Source of the DNA: Chamaesiphon sp.
Lineage (GTDB): Bacteria > Cyanobacteriota > Cyanobacteriia > Cyanobacteriales > Chamaesiphonaceae
Length of the DNA: 64,000 nt
Assembly (NCBI GenBank): GCA_965246715.1
Contig: CBDFFH010000054.1
Span: 1-64,000, forward strand
Reading direction: 5' to 3'
Shown: positions 1 to 10,151 of the stretch, in pieces
How the letters are laid out: every line of letters begins with the position of its first letter
Numbering within the stretch: the stretch's first letter is position 1
Notes under the pieces: model-generated
What the model was told of the DNA's origin: nothing
What the model saw: only the letters and a program-made list of their open reading frames with translations
Database searches by the model: none
Made by a program: the position numbers and the translations under genes

Positions 1-158
1 GTAGATCTTGCATCTATCTAAAGTAGCACTAATAGCTTAGAAATTGGCTCTAGTCATAGATTAAATTAATATTTTTTCTGGGTAGTCTGAAGCACAATTT
101 TGTTGCTAAAAAAAAGTACAGCTTTAACCGTTGTCAGTTCTGGCTTTGGGTCAAACGC

Positions 159-201
159 AGAATTGGGGTGGATTCGTTGCCAGAGAATCCACCCCAATTC
201 T
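159..201 (-). terminator. Inverted repeat downstream of ferritin-like gene (terminator/stabilising hairpin)
   Basis: AGAATTGGGGTGGATTC-N9-GAATCCACCCCAATTCT, 13 nt past the stop of 215..1048(-). Confidence 0.55.
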
Positions 202-214
202 TCATTCGTCTTTG

Positions 215-1048
215 TTAGATAGGTGCAACCATCGATGGTTGAGCAGCAGTAAGAATTGGCCCAACTAGAGCTAACACCTCTTCTTTTGTAGCGTAGCCAT
301 CAAATGCTTCAGAGCTAAAGGGAATCGGCGAATCACCACGATTTTCGTTGTAAATCACTTCCTGGGGATTTCTAATCCAAGGACGCACACTCAGATTGAG
401 TAATGTCTGCCGTAGAAAGCGAATCCCAGCGGCATGACGCGCCTCTACCGTGTGAATTTCTAAAGCTGCGGCTAGAACTGTTTTACCTGCTTCCCCAGCA
501 GCAAGTAAATTTTGCACTTGCCCTTTGTATGCAGCTACCCCCAAATCTTCTACATATTGTCCTGCCATGAGTAGATCGGCGGGATTAGCAAAGGGATCGC
601 GACCTAAAATAGCGCGGTAATTTGGATTAGCAGGAATGACGACCTCCGCAGGATTACCTCCCAGAGATCCCAGCACCGCTGATAGATCGGTTACGTGTTG
701 GGCTTCATCCCGACCATAGGCAACCAATACTGTTTTGGCAATCTGAGGCACTTGGGATAGAGTACCGCCTTTCGTGGCAGCAATGGCGCGACGATAAAAA
801 TCAGCTTCGAGCTTTTCTAAAGTCAAAGCGTATTCTACTACTTGTCGCGGTGAGAGGGTGGCACTTGCAGCAGCAGCGGGGGCGGTGGGAGCGAGTACTA
901 GAGACATTAGCAATAAAGGCAGAATCAGGATGATGCCTGTAGCTGGATGCAAGACACGAGCCAAAATGCGGTTGAATTTACTCAGTATAAGCATGAAGAA
1001 GTGGCGACCGCCCATCGATCGCGCCAGCAGATTAAAACAGAATTTCAT
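215..1048 (-). CDS. Secreted ferritin-like domain protein (Ferritin_2 / desiccation-associated type); true start probably downstream of 1048
   Basis: Motifs ALTLEKLEADFY, DEAQHV, EDLGVAAYKG and IHTVEARHAA; hydrophobic Ala-rich signal peptide. Confidence 0.85.
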   Translation of the reverse strand: MKFCFNLLARSMGGRHFFMLILSKFNRILARVLHPATGIILILPLLLMSLVLAPTAPAAAASATLSPRQVVEYALTLEKLEADFYRRAIAATKGGTLSQVPQIAKTVLVAYGRDEAQHVTDLSAVLGSLGGNPAEVVIPANPNYRAILGRDPFANPADLLMAGQYVEDLGVAAYKGQVQNLLAAGEAGKTVLAAALEIHTVEARHAAGIRFLRQTLLNLSVRPWIRNPQEVIYNENRGDSPIPFSSEAFDGYATKEEVLALVGPILTAAQPSMVAPI

Positions 1049-1067
1049 AGTTTAATATTTCCTGAGA

Positions 1068-1809
1068 TTAAGCGACCAATGAGCCATCGATCGGATTGTT
1101 TAATACCTTGAGCGAACCCACCGCAGCGATAACCTGCTTGGGTGTATAGAGTTCGTCGTAAGCCTGTCCCTTCAATGGGTTGAGACTAGCTTGCAAATTA
1201 GCATCATTCATCAGCCGTTCGCTATCGGCTTCAGTAGAAGGTCGTCCCAGCAGTGCCCTCACTCCGGGCTGCATGTCGAGCTTCTACTGAAACGATCGAA
1301 CCTGCGGCGAGGAGATAAGTGGGATTGGTCAGGCTTGTCCCCGCACCATTGTAAGCATGAACGCCTAAGTCTTCTAACGTCACAGCCGTATTCAAGATCT
1401 TCGATCGATCGGTCAAAAGTGCGCTCAACCCCGATCGATTCAAACTCAAGTCGCTAGTTTGAAATAAGACATTACTCCCCAAAACACTGCGTAAAAATTT
1501 GACATGGGTAGCCTCTTGAGAGCCGAATGCTCTCAAATAGTCAAGTTCTCTGATATTTGTAATCTTGCCACTTTTAATCGCAGCTGGATAAAATGCTGCC
1601 TCTAGCTCTTCTAATAACAACGCAAAGTTGAGAATGCCAATATCATCTGCATTAAATTTCAATTGCTTGGCGCGGCTACTGAATTGAGAGAGTGCTACTT
1701 TCGGAACTCCTGTTAACGCCATCGCGCCCAGACTAACCAGCCCCAACTTAATTAAGTTGCGACGCGAGCTAAAAGCATTTCTTCCCAAAGATATACTTGG
1801 AAAAGCCAT
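1068..1809 (-). pseudogene. Tat-exported ferritin-like protein split by a 1-nt frameshift near 1267
   Basis: SRRNLIK Tat motif and LNFALLLEELE...VEARHAA in 1231..1809; the expected continuation GVRALLGRP...YDELYTPKQV lies in the other frame (1068..1274); extra C in GCAGCCCGGAGTG. Confidence 0.8.
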
Positions 1810-2108
1810 AATATTTAATTGTGTAAAAACCGATCGCTTTGGCGAATTTTAAATTAGATTCTAAAATTTATTAGGCGAACATAATTTAAGATTAACTATT
1901 ATATTCGACCGAAGCTATCTCTCTAAAGAGATAGATTGTCGGAAATTTCTAGTAAAATCCTCAGCTTGAGCGTAGATATTAAGAAAAATTAATAAGTAAA
2001 ATTGGATACTCTAAATATTAATAAGTTAGATTAAGAATTGAATCCAGTTATGATATATTATTTAATTTATACTCTAAGCAAACGATAGTTGTAATTAGCA
2101 ATCTGGCG

Positions 2109-2132
2109 TTGGCGCAGCCTCGCCTTTGGCGA
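2109..2132. repeat. 24-nt small dispersed repeat inserted in a CG^ATCG (HIP1-core) site
   Basis: GCG[TTGGCGCAGCC-TCGCC TTT GGCGA]ATCGA; sibling at 7282-7305. Confidence 0.7.
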
Positions 2133-2251
2133 ATCGATTAAAGATCGAATTCTCGTGCCAGAATCATTCTGTTTAGAATGCTAAATATGTAGTTGAATTT
2201 ACCCCGTGAGGCAACACGTTTAATGCTGCTGCTGGTGGTGCCTGGGGAAAA

Positions 2252-3742
2252 TTACTTGAGCCAAGTAAAGTAAAACGTTGTGCCCTGCCCTAGCTGGGAC
2301 TCTAACCAAATAGTTCCACCTTGGGCTTGGACAATTTTTTTGACAATTGCGAGTCCGATCCCCGTACTATCCGATCGATTTTGAGGGTTTACTGCCTGGA
2401 ACATGCCAAAAATCCGCTCGTGCTGCTCTGGTGCGATCCCGACACCATCATCGGCTACGCTAAATTCATACAGATCCACTAGCTCTCGCACCGCAATATG
2501 AATCGAGCCATCAGATTTGGGGTGATGCTCGATGCCATTACCGATGAGATTGGCAAACACCTGGAACAATAGGAGAGGATTGGTATTAACGATCGGCATT
2601 GGCGCAATCTCGATGCAGAATGTCGGTGGCGGCGAGAGCGAATCGATGACCTCACTCAGCAATTGAGCGACTACGACAGATTCGCTCGATCTACTATCTG
2701 CTTGTCCGGTACGAGCATAGTCGAGTAGTCCATCGATTAGGGCAGACATCCGCTCGACTCGGCTCCGTAACAGTGTCATTTGCCCTTGAGTGGTGACTGT
2801 GAGCGCACCCTCTAAATCTTCTTCAATCCACTTAGCGAGATTGCCAATTGCCCGTAGGGGTGCTTTGAGATCGTGGGAAACGATCCGCACAAAGCTGTCC
2901 AGCTCTTGATGGCGACGTTCGAGATCTCGTTCGGCAGCGATTCGTTCGCCTTCGAGCCATTTACGTTCATTGATATCTCGAAAATAAATCCCCAATCCTG
3001 CGGTAGACGGATAAGCATGAAGCTCGAACCAACTCCTAATCGGCTCGTAAAATACCTCAAAATTTACTGCAACTCGATCGGTTATAGCCCTGCGATATTC
3101 TTGCTCGACGAACTTATCCACCGACCAGGGGAAAACTTCCCAATGGGTTTTGCCGATAAATTCTTCAGGTGTTAGTCCGACTAGTTGATGAATTACTTGA
3201 GTTGCCGCCGGATTGGTGTAGACGATCCGCCAATCCCGATCGAGGCTGACATATGCATCGGTCATGCTTTCCCAGATTGTCGTAATTTGTTCGCTAGCTG
3301 CCTGTAACTGCTCTTCGCGGTGCCGCCATTGTAACCGCAAGCGGGCATTCTCGATCGCGCTATGCATGGTGGAGACCAATCGCTCTGGCGTAAACGTATG
3401 CTTGGCCAAATAATCTTGAGCACCCAGCTTCATCGCGCGAACTGCGATGCTTTCGTCCCCATATCCCGTCATCATCACTACAGGTAGAATACTGCCATTA
3501 CCTCGCGCCGATAGTGTTTCTAGGAATTCCAGTCCATCCCCATCGGGGAGTCGATAATCAAGCAAAACAGCATCGATCGAGCGGGTGCGGCACAATTCCA
3601 GTCCCACCGCTATCGATCCGGCTTCTAAAAACTCGTAAGCATAATTAGCATCGGTCAGTAGACAGTTGCAATACAGCTCTCGGCTTGCTGGGAAATCTTC
3701 AACAATCAGCAGTGTAACGGTGGGGAGATTCATATTAGTCAC
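2252..3742 (-). CDS. Hybrid sensor histidine kinase (REC-PAS-HisKA-HATPase)
   Basis: N-terminal receiver (LLIVED, LLDYRLPDGDG, AMKLGAQDY), PAS domain, H-box SHDLKAPL, N/G boxes NLIGNG, DDGVGI, GIGLAIV. Confidence 0.93.
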   Translation of the reverse strand: MTNMNLPTVTLLIVEDFPASRELYCNCLLTDANYAYEFLEAGSIAVGLELCRTRSIDAVLLDYRLPDGDGLEFLETLSARGNGSILPVVMMTGYGDESIAVRAMKLGAQDYLAKHTFTPERLVSTMHSAIENARLRLQWRHREEQLQAASEQITTIWESMTDAYVSLDRDWRIVYTNPAATQVIHQLVGLTPEEFIGKTHWEVFPWSVDKFVEQEYRRAITDRVAVNFEVFYEPIRSWFELHAYPSTAGLGIYFRDINERKWLEGERIAAERDLERRHQELDSFVRIVSHDLKAPLRAIGNLAKWIEEDLEGALTVTTQGQMTLLRSRVERMSALIDGLLDYARTGQADSRSSESVVVAQLLSEVIDSLSPPPTFCIEIAPMPIVNTNPLLLFQVFANLIGNGIEHHPKSDGSIHIAVRELVDLYEFSVADDGVGIAPEQHERIFGMFQAVNPQNRSDSTGIGLAIVKKIVQAQGGTIWLESQLGQGTTFYFTWLK

Positions 3743-4076
3743 AACAAGTAATGTGTTGTAAACGATAGGTTGGCACAGTTTATTGAGATTGCGATCCCAA
3801 ATATTATCAGCAATCGATTATTTTTTATCAAATTTCATAAAGTTTACATACTTATACTCGATCGTCATTAATATTGCTCTCTTTATCTCAATTCTAACAC
3901 CATTCTACCGAATTAAATTATTAAATTTATGATAGATAAAAACATCTAAACAGCTCTAACTTCTAAAGCTGTCTAGTCTATTATTTACATCTAATATCAA
4001 AGTTTATTTTAGATGAATCCGCTAGTTCGAGAGGTTGTACAGTCAACCCTAAATTATAGTGTTAATCGGATCTGAA

Positions 4077-4391
4077 TCAAGAGACTGGATCTAGGATGGG
4101 ATGTAGATCGTCCACTTTTGACAGATCGGCTTTTTTACACACCCCATATAGTAAGGTTTTTGGAGCATAATAATTATGTTTCGTCCGAAAGTGAATGCTC
4201 CCAATGAGATGTAGTTCCAGTTTAGATCCATACAGTTCGACAAATCGTTTGAAAAGCTGCATTGGATCGCGATTGGACGCTTTGGTCGCTCTGACCCAGC
4301 GGTGAGAATTTCCATTGGCTAATTCGTTGAAGTAAGGCAGATCTTCAAACAAAGTTAGGCAAGATGTACAGTATAAAATTACTTGTAACAT
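4077..4391 (-). CDS. Hypothetical protein (likely start MLQVILY; ORF is open upstream to 4547)
   Basis: Open frame only; no recognisable motif. Confidence 0.35.
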   Translation of the reverse strand: MLQVILYCTSCLTLFEDLPYFNELANGNSHRWVRATKASNRDPMQLFKRFVELYGSKLELHLIGSIHFRTKHNYYAPKTLLYGVCKKADLSKVDDLHPILDPVS

Positions 4392-4744
4392 TGGCTTAGG
4401 AAATATTACATTACTGTAAATATCGATGAATAATTTATGGATATTATCAGCAAGTGGTAACATATTAAAAATAATGATAATTTTACGGTTATGGTGGATT
4501 GAGATATTTAACTCGATCGTATAATGAGTATGTACTATTAGCTCCACTTCGATCGTCGGCTTTCTCCTGGTCAGGCTGAGATTTTAATTACTCCCAAATT
4601 AATGACCTATGGCAGCTAGTTCTATTTCATCTAACAAGACTACTGTTTCTGCACCTATTCTGCCAAAATTAGGTATGAGTAAGCCTAGTGGCATCTCGAC
4701 TAGATACTTCCAAGTTCCACCTTCATACTTGAAGCTGCGGATAA

Positions 4745-6180
4745 GGATCTTCACTACTTAGTATGCTCGATCGATAGCAAATGTGGCAAATAGAAATTAA
4801 TCAATATGTGAAATTGCCATAAAAGTGGAGTGATAATTGACATTGGGGGCATTTTGTTATTAAGTATAATCTAATTGAAAGCGATCTTGAGACAAACCAG
4901 AAGAAAATGCTCACCAAAAAGGAAATACAACTACTAACAGAAGTACTAAATCTAGCGGGAGTAAAAGTAAATGCCAAGCACCAACATGAAGGAATTGGAA
5001 TAATTTTAGGAGTTGAGTCGAGCGAAAAAATAAGTGTTTGCCAACGCTGTGGTTTGAAAAGCGACAAGTTACACCAAAACCATCGGCAAATAATCAAAGA
5101 TTTGGATTGGGGAGGGCAAGCGGTATTTTTAGAAATAAATAGAAGACAATTCAACTGCGAAAAATGCCAGAAACCATTTAGCGAAGAATTAGAATTTGTC
5201 AAGTCAAGAAGAAGATACACGAAAAGATTAGCAGATCGGATAATAGAAGAAGTATTAGCAGATGACATTAGGAGTGTAGCGAAGAAGGGGAAGGTAACAG
5301 AGAAAGAAATAGAAAGAATGCTAAAGGATGCATCAGGAGATTTATCAAAAATAAAACCAATAGGATTAAAAAGATTAGGGATAGACGAAATGGCATTGAT
5401 TAAAGGGCAGGGAAAATATTGTGCAGTATTAATAGACATAGATCGTTCTAAATTATTGGCAATTATCGAGGGAAGAACCAAAGAAGAAATTAAGAAAGTC
5501 CTGAGAGAGTGGGGGTCAGAGGTATTAGAAGGAATCGAAGAAGTAAGCATAGACTTATGGCAGGGATATAAAAGTCTAGCAATAGAAATGATGCCAAAAG
5601 CTCAGATAGTAGCAGATCGATTCCATATAATGGTACAAATAAATCAAGAATTAGATGGAGAAAGAAAGAAGGAGAAGCGAAAAATCGAAGCAGAAATAAA
5701 GCAAGCAAAAACCCCAGAAGAAAAAGCGGAGAAAGCGGCTATATTAGCAGGAATAACTAATAGTAAGTATCCAATATTGAAAAACGAGGAAGACTTAAAT
5801 GAAGAACAGAAAGACAAGCTAGCTCAGGTAAAAAATGTATCAAGTCAGCTCGGAAAAATGCATCAATTGAAAGAGGATTTTCGAGAAATATTTGAGAAAA
5901 AGGAAAACTGGAATGAGGGATTACTAGGCTTAGGGGAATGGCTGTCAAAAGCTCAAAAATATTTTGTCAAAAGTCAAGGGACAATTTATCGATGGTTTGA
6001 TGAAATACTGGCTTATTTTGACAATGGAACAACTAGTGGAGTAGTGGAGGGAATTAATAACAAGCTAAAACTAATCAAACGTTCAGCATATGGATTTACT
6101 AATTTTGAGAATTTCCGAAATAGATGCTTGCTTAATTGGCACTTCAATCATTAATTTGGCATACTAACTAGTGAAGAGCC
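4745..6180 (+). mobile_element. ISL3-family insertion sequence, 1436 bp
   Basis: Terminal IRs GGATCTTCACTACTTAGTATGC / GCATACTAACTAGTGAAGAGCC; perfect 8-bp target duplication GCGGATAA at 4737-4744 and 6181-6188. Confidence 0.95.
4907..6154 (+). CDS. ISL3-family transposase
   Basis: Zn ribbon (CQRCG...CEKC), LGIDE, VSIDLW, ADRFHI, EGINNKLKLIKRSAYGFTNF. Confidence 0.95.
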   Translation: MLTKKEIQLLTEVLNLAGVKVNAKHQHEGIGIILGVESSEKISVCQRCGLKSDKLHQNHRQIIKDLDWGGQAVFLEINRRQFNCEKCQKPFSEELEFVKSRRRYTKRLADRIIEEVLADDIRSVAKKGKVTEKEIERMLKDASGDLSKIKPIGLKRLGIDEMALIKGQGKYCAVLIDIDRSKLLAIIEGRTKEEIKKVLREWGSEVLEGIEEVSIDLWQGYKSLAIEMMPKAQIVADRFHIMVQINQELDGERKKEKRKIEAEIKQAKTPEEKAEKAAILAGITNSKYPILKNEEDLNEEQKDKLAQVKNVSSQLGKMHQLKEDFREIFEKKENWNEGLLGLGEWLSKAQKYFVKSQGTIYRWFDEILAYFDNGTTSGVVEGINNKLKLIKRSAYGFTNFENFRNRCLLNWHFNH

Positions 6181-6493
6181 GCGGATAATTCCTTCTCCAC
6201 CTAGAAAGCTCACCTGTTGATTATGAATAAAAGTAGGTGATTCAATAATTTTTGTTGTCATTACTTTAATAAAATCTCCCCATATTAGTTACTTTAATTA
6301 GAACATAAAATACCGAATTTACTCTATACCTTTAGGCATAAAATAATTCAGATGTTTTATATATTTTGATTACATTTTATAGGAATTTATTAGGATTTTA
6401 TATTTACAAAGAAGTTTATAAATAATATGCTCTGAGTCGCATTTAATTCGGTCTCAAGCGATCGGTAACGTCGATATTTTCAGACATTCCGCA

Positions 6494-7093
6494 TTATTTT
6501 TCTACTACTTGACGCACAGATGGCAGGTCATACCATGCCAGAAAGGGATACTCATGATGTTCCCAGTGATAGCCAAAGTGATAGCAGGTTAAAAATGACC
6601 AAATTAGCGAATAGTTACTACTTGTTGCATGATGGTAATTTTTAGGGTGACTCGACTCGATCGAGCCAAAGCTAAGCGGACGATGTGGTAAATAAGTGCC
6701 AAAGAAAAATAGCTGCATCGTACTCAAAAAAATCGGTAGCACCCAAAACAAAAATAGATTGAGAACGGGTGCATGAAACCCAAAATGTAGGATGATAAAT
6801 ATCATCCCCAGCCCCAAGAACTGAATAACTATTTGTCGAAAATTTAGATATCCTTTCATGAATTTGAGATACCAGATAAAGCTATTGCCGTCGTGAAAAT
6901 CGGGATCTCCAGCTTGTCCAGGCTGTCGATGATGTTGCCAGCGATCGATCGCAAGCTTCTGATAATCTAAGACTGCATATAGTGTCACCACCAATCTACC
7001 GATCGAGTCATTCAATCGCTGATAGTTAGGAATTACCGAGCCGTGGATTGCATCATGAGCGACAATAAATAACCCCGTCCGAATAAATGTTCG
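6494..7093 (-). pseudogene. crtW: 5'-truncated beta-carotene ketolase (CrtW-type membrane desaturase fold)
   Basis: Frame extends upstream of the ORF call as RTFIRTGLFIVAHDAIHG, then hits an in-frame TGA with no start; His boxes HDAIH, (R)WQHHR and HFGYHWEHHEYP; DPDF and QLFFFGTYLPH motifs. Confidence 0.75.
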
Positions 7094-7281
7094 TCAGCCG
7101 CTGGGGTGAAAAAGTCAAACTATGTATCACCATTTTTGTTTCAGTCATAGACGATAGAAAATCCTAATTTTATCGATCGCATAAATAATTAACTTAGCAA
7201 ATATATAATAATAGATATTGAAAATTAATTGATAATAACTTACCTCTGAATTTCAATTAATTATTAATTATTACAGTTTCG

Positions 7282-7305
7282 TTGGCGTAGCCTCTCCAAC
7301 GGAGA
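7282..7305. repeat. 24-nt small dispersed repeat inserted in a CG^ATCG site
   Basis: TCG[TTGGCGTAGCC-TCTCC AAC GGAGA]ATCGC. Confidence 0.7.
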
Positions 7306-7316
7306 ATCGCCAGCTC

Positions 7317-8544
7317 CTATCTTCCTAAACGTGAATGGTTCAGTAGTCGATCGACGAGGGTATCCAGGCGTTTGACTCGTTGGCGCAATAATTGAAATTT
7401 TGGGCGATCGTCTTCTAAGATCCGCTCGCTCAGATCTTCTTCAATCCACTCTGATAAATTGGAGATCGCTCTTAACGGAGCTTTGAGATCGTGGGCAACG
7501 ATAAAACCAAAGCGATCGAGTTCCTCATTGCGTTCGCTCAACTGTTGTTGCGCCAACATCAACGAATGATTAAGCTGTTGCAGTTCGACAGTTTGGGCTT
7601 GGTTGATGAGTTCCAGTTGTTTGCGCTCGGTAATATCACGAGCAACTGCCAAAATTTGCCCCACATCATCGCCAACGTCGGGGATCGGTGTAATGACTAC
7701 TTCCCACCATTTCGGCGTACCTTTGGCGGTAGCACAATAACCATCAAACTTGCCAACTCCCCCAGCTTTTGCTATAGCCAAAGCACCAGCGGCAGAATCA
7801 GCATCACTACCTTGCCAAAATTCGAGCCAGTGAGTGTCAGCAACGGTGGCGAAATCGTCAATCTCCATCATGGCTTGTCCACCACTATTCATATAGAGCA
7901 GACGACCTTGTGAGTCTAAAACCGCGATCCGATCGAGATTGCTTTCTAAGATCCGTCGTGTAAATTCTTCACTCCGGTGGAGTGCTGCTCGATCCCGCTT
8001 GCGGTCGGTAATATCGTAGACTAAACCAGACATTACTGGTAAATGTTCGCTTTGCGAACATTCGTTCGTTCGTTCGTTCGTTCGTTCGTTCGTTCGTTCG
8101 TTCGTTCGTGCAGAGATCTCGCCCTTGAGCAATAATCAGGATTGTCTCACCTTGAGGATCGCGAATTGGGGTCAGCGAAAAATCGATCGACCGCTGCCGA
8201 TCGTCTGCGCCGATCGCTTCTGTTTTACAGCGAATAAATGCCCCCTGAGCTGCCTGTGCAATCGATTCTTGTAACTGCTGTTGGACTGTTGATGCAAAAC
8301 TCCAACAAGCGGCTGACCAAAAAGGCAGATCGATCGCAGCTTCAGCCTCGATCCCTAGCGATTTTGCGGCGGTGAGATTCACCTCGATGAGATTACCGTT
8401 GGGTTTGAGCAATGCGATCGGCTCAGATACGTCATCGAAGATTGCCCGAAACCTTTGGGCATGATGCTGGAGAGCGGTCGTCGCTTGTCTGTCATCGGGA
8501 AGATCCGGCATCAACAAGCGTCCGTCTAAATCTCTTGTATACAT
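7317..8544 (-). pseudogene. PAS-PAS-HisKA sensor kinase, frameshifted in the (TTCG)12 tract and lacking the HATPase domain
   Basis: First PAS in 7969..8544; second PAS and H-box AHDLKAPL in 7317..8132; stop immediately after HisKA. Confidence 0.85.
8061..8108. repeat. Tetranucleotide simple sequence repeat (TTCG)12
   Basis: 48 nt of perfect TTCG units, abutting the hairpin AATGTTCGC-TTT-GCGAACATT (8042-8062). Confidence 0.97.
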
Positions 8545-8557
8545 CTGCTACTACTTA

Positions 8558-9873
8558 GGTGATTCCCGATAAAAAAGCCACCCAGTTATAGTACTATTTT
8601 ATTGGTAAGCCGAAGAAAGGAAGATAGTAGTATTGTTTAGCAATAAAACCGAACTCACGTTAAGTAGTAGCCAAAGAGAAGATTTACGGCTAGCTTCTGC
8701 TAAATTAAGCGGTGTAAAACGTCGTTACTTTCAAGCAGAAATGGCAATTAAATATTGCCAAGGAAACGCTAGATTGACAGAGAGGATATTTGGTTGGAGT
8801 AGAGAAACTGTAGCACTAGGGTTAGCAGAGAAACGAACTGGAATTATCTGTGTAGGAGCGCAAACAGGCTTTAGTGGGGCAAAAAGATGGGAGGAAAAAC
8901 AACCAGAAGTTGCTGATTCACTGAAAAAATTAGCAGAGTCACATTCGCAACAAGATCCAACATTTGCAACAACGATTGCGTATACACGATTAACAGCGGC
9001 AGAAGCCCTCAAACAATTAGCCCAACAGGGTTATATGCCGGAGCAATTGCCATCGCTGAGTACGATGATAGAAGTTTTAAATCGAACGGGCTATCGGCTC
9101 AGAAAAGTAGTGAAAGCAAAGCCTCAAAAAAAATTGCAGAAACCAACGATATCTTCGAGAACATCAACCAGCATCAAAAACAGTTAGAATCAAAGAGAAT
9201 CAAACGATTAAGTATTGACTGCAAAGCGAAAGTCAATATTGGAAATTTAAGTAGAGGGGGGAAAACTAGAGGAGATAATCAAGCTAATGACCATGACATG
9301 GGCTGTGAAGAAAAATATATCCCATGTGGAATCGTTGATGAAGATACTGGAGCTTTACAGATTAGTTTTGGTAGCTCTTATAAAACAAGTGATTTTATTG
9401 CAGACACATTACAGGACTGGTGGGACATACTTCTACTGGAACAGCAGCAGACGATCGAGAAGATCCAAATTAAGGTGGATAATGGCCCTGAAAGCAGTGG
9501 TGTGCGAACTCAGTTCTTAAAAAGAATGGTAGACTTTTCAGATAAAATTGGTAAATCTATTCACCTAATCTATTATCCACCTTATCACAGCAAATATAAT
9601 CCGATTGAAAGATGCTGGGGAGTTTTAGAAAAGCATTGGAATGGGGCAAAGTTATTAAATGTATCAGCCATGCTAGCATGGGCAGAGAGTATGACCTGGA
9701 AAGGATTGCATCCTATTATTCAATTAAATAGTAAGATTTATCAAAAAGGTATTTCACTCAATAAATCAGCAATGAAAGAAGTGGAAAAAAGATTAGAAAG
9801 GAACCCACTACTCCCTAAATGGGACATTCTGATCCGCCCTGCCTAACTGGTATGTTCTTTATCGGGAATCACC
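8558..9873 (+). mobile_element. ISAzo13-family insertion sequence
   Basis: IRs GGTGATTCCCGATAAA / TTTATCGGGAATCACC; 3-bp target duplication TTA at 8555-8557 and 9874-9876. Confidence 0.92.
8633..9846 (+). CDS. ISAzo13-family DDE transposase, two frames joined by a -1 shift at A8 (9126-9133)
   Basis: KVVKAKPQKK, then in the -1 frame IAETNDIFENI...LSIDCKAKVNIG...DHDMG, running into 9298..9846 (DNGPESSG, YYPPYHSKYNPIERCW). Confidence 0.88.
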
Positions 9874-10151
9874 TTATGTGCATAATTGCATATTATTTGT
9901 TTGCTACTCTTGTCTGGAGCTAATCAACTACTGAAGTAACTCGCATCGCGATTTGATACGGAGTCAATATCATTCATCCTAAATTAGAAATGTGAGGGTT
10001 TTGTGAGGAAATATCAGTCAAAATAACAGATTACAGCCGAGATTGTTAGTGAGCCTAAATCCTAGTAAATTCAATTAAATATACTGAGATTACTAGTTAT
10101 CTAATTCTTTAGCGTAATAAATTAACCAGATTATTAATTATCAGTACTCAG

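Larger units (their letters stand above)
4599..6261 (-). pseudogene. 72-aa small protein gene interrupted by the ISL3 element
   Basis: Removing the IS plus one target copy gives the uninterrupted ORF MTTKIIESPTFIHNQQVSFLGGEGIIR|SFKYEGGTWKYLVEMPLGLLIPNFGRIGAETVVLLDEIELAAIGH*. Confidence 0.75.

Noticed and set aside
4801..5948. Minus-strand ORFs over the ISL3 transposase
   Set aside because: Antisense shadows of an A-rich coding strand.
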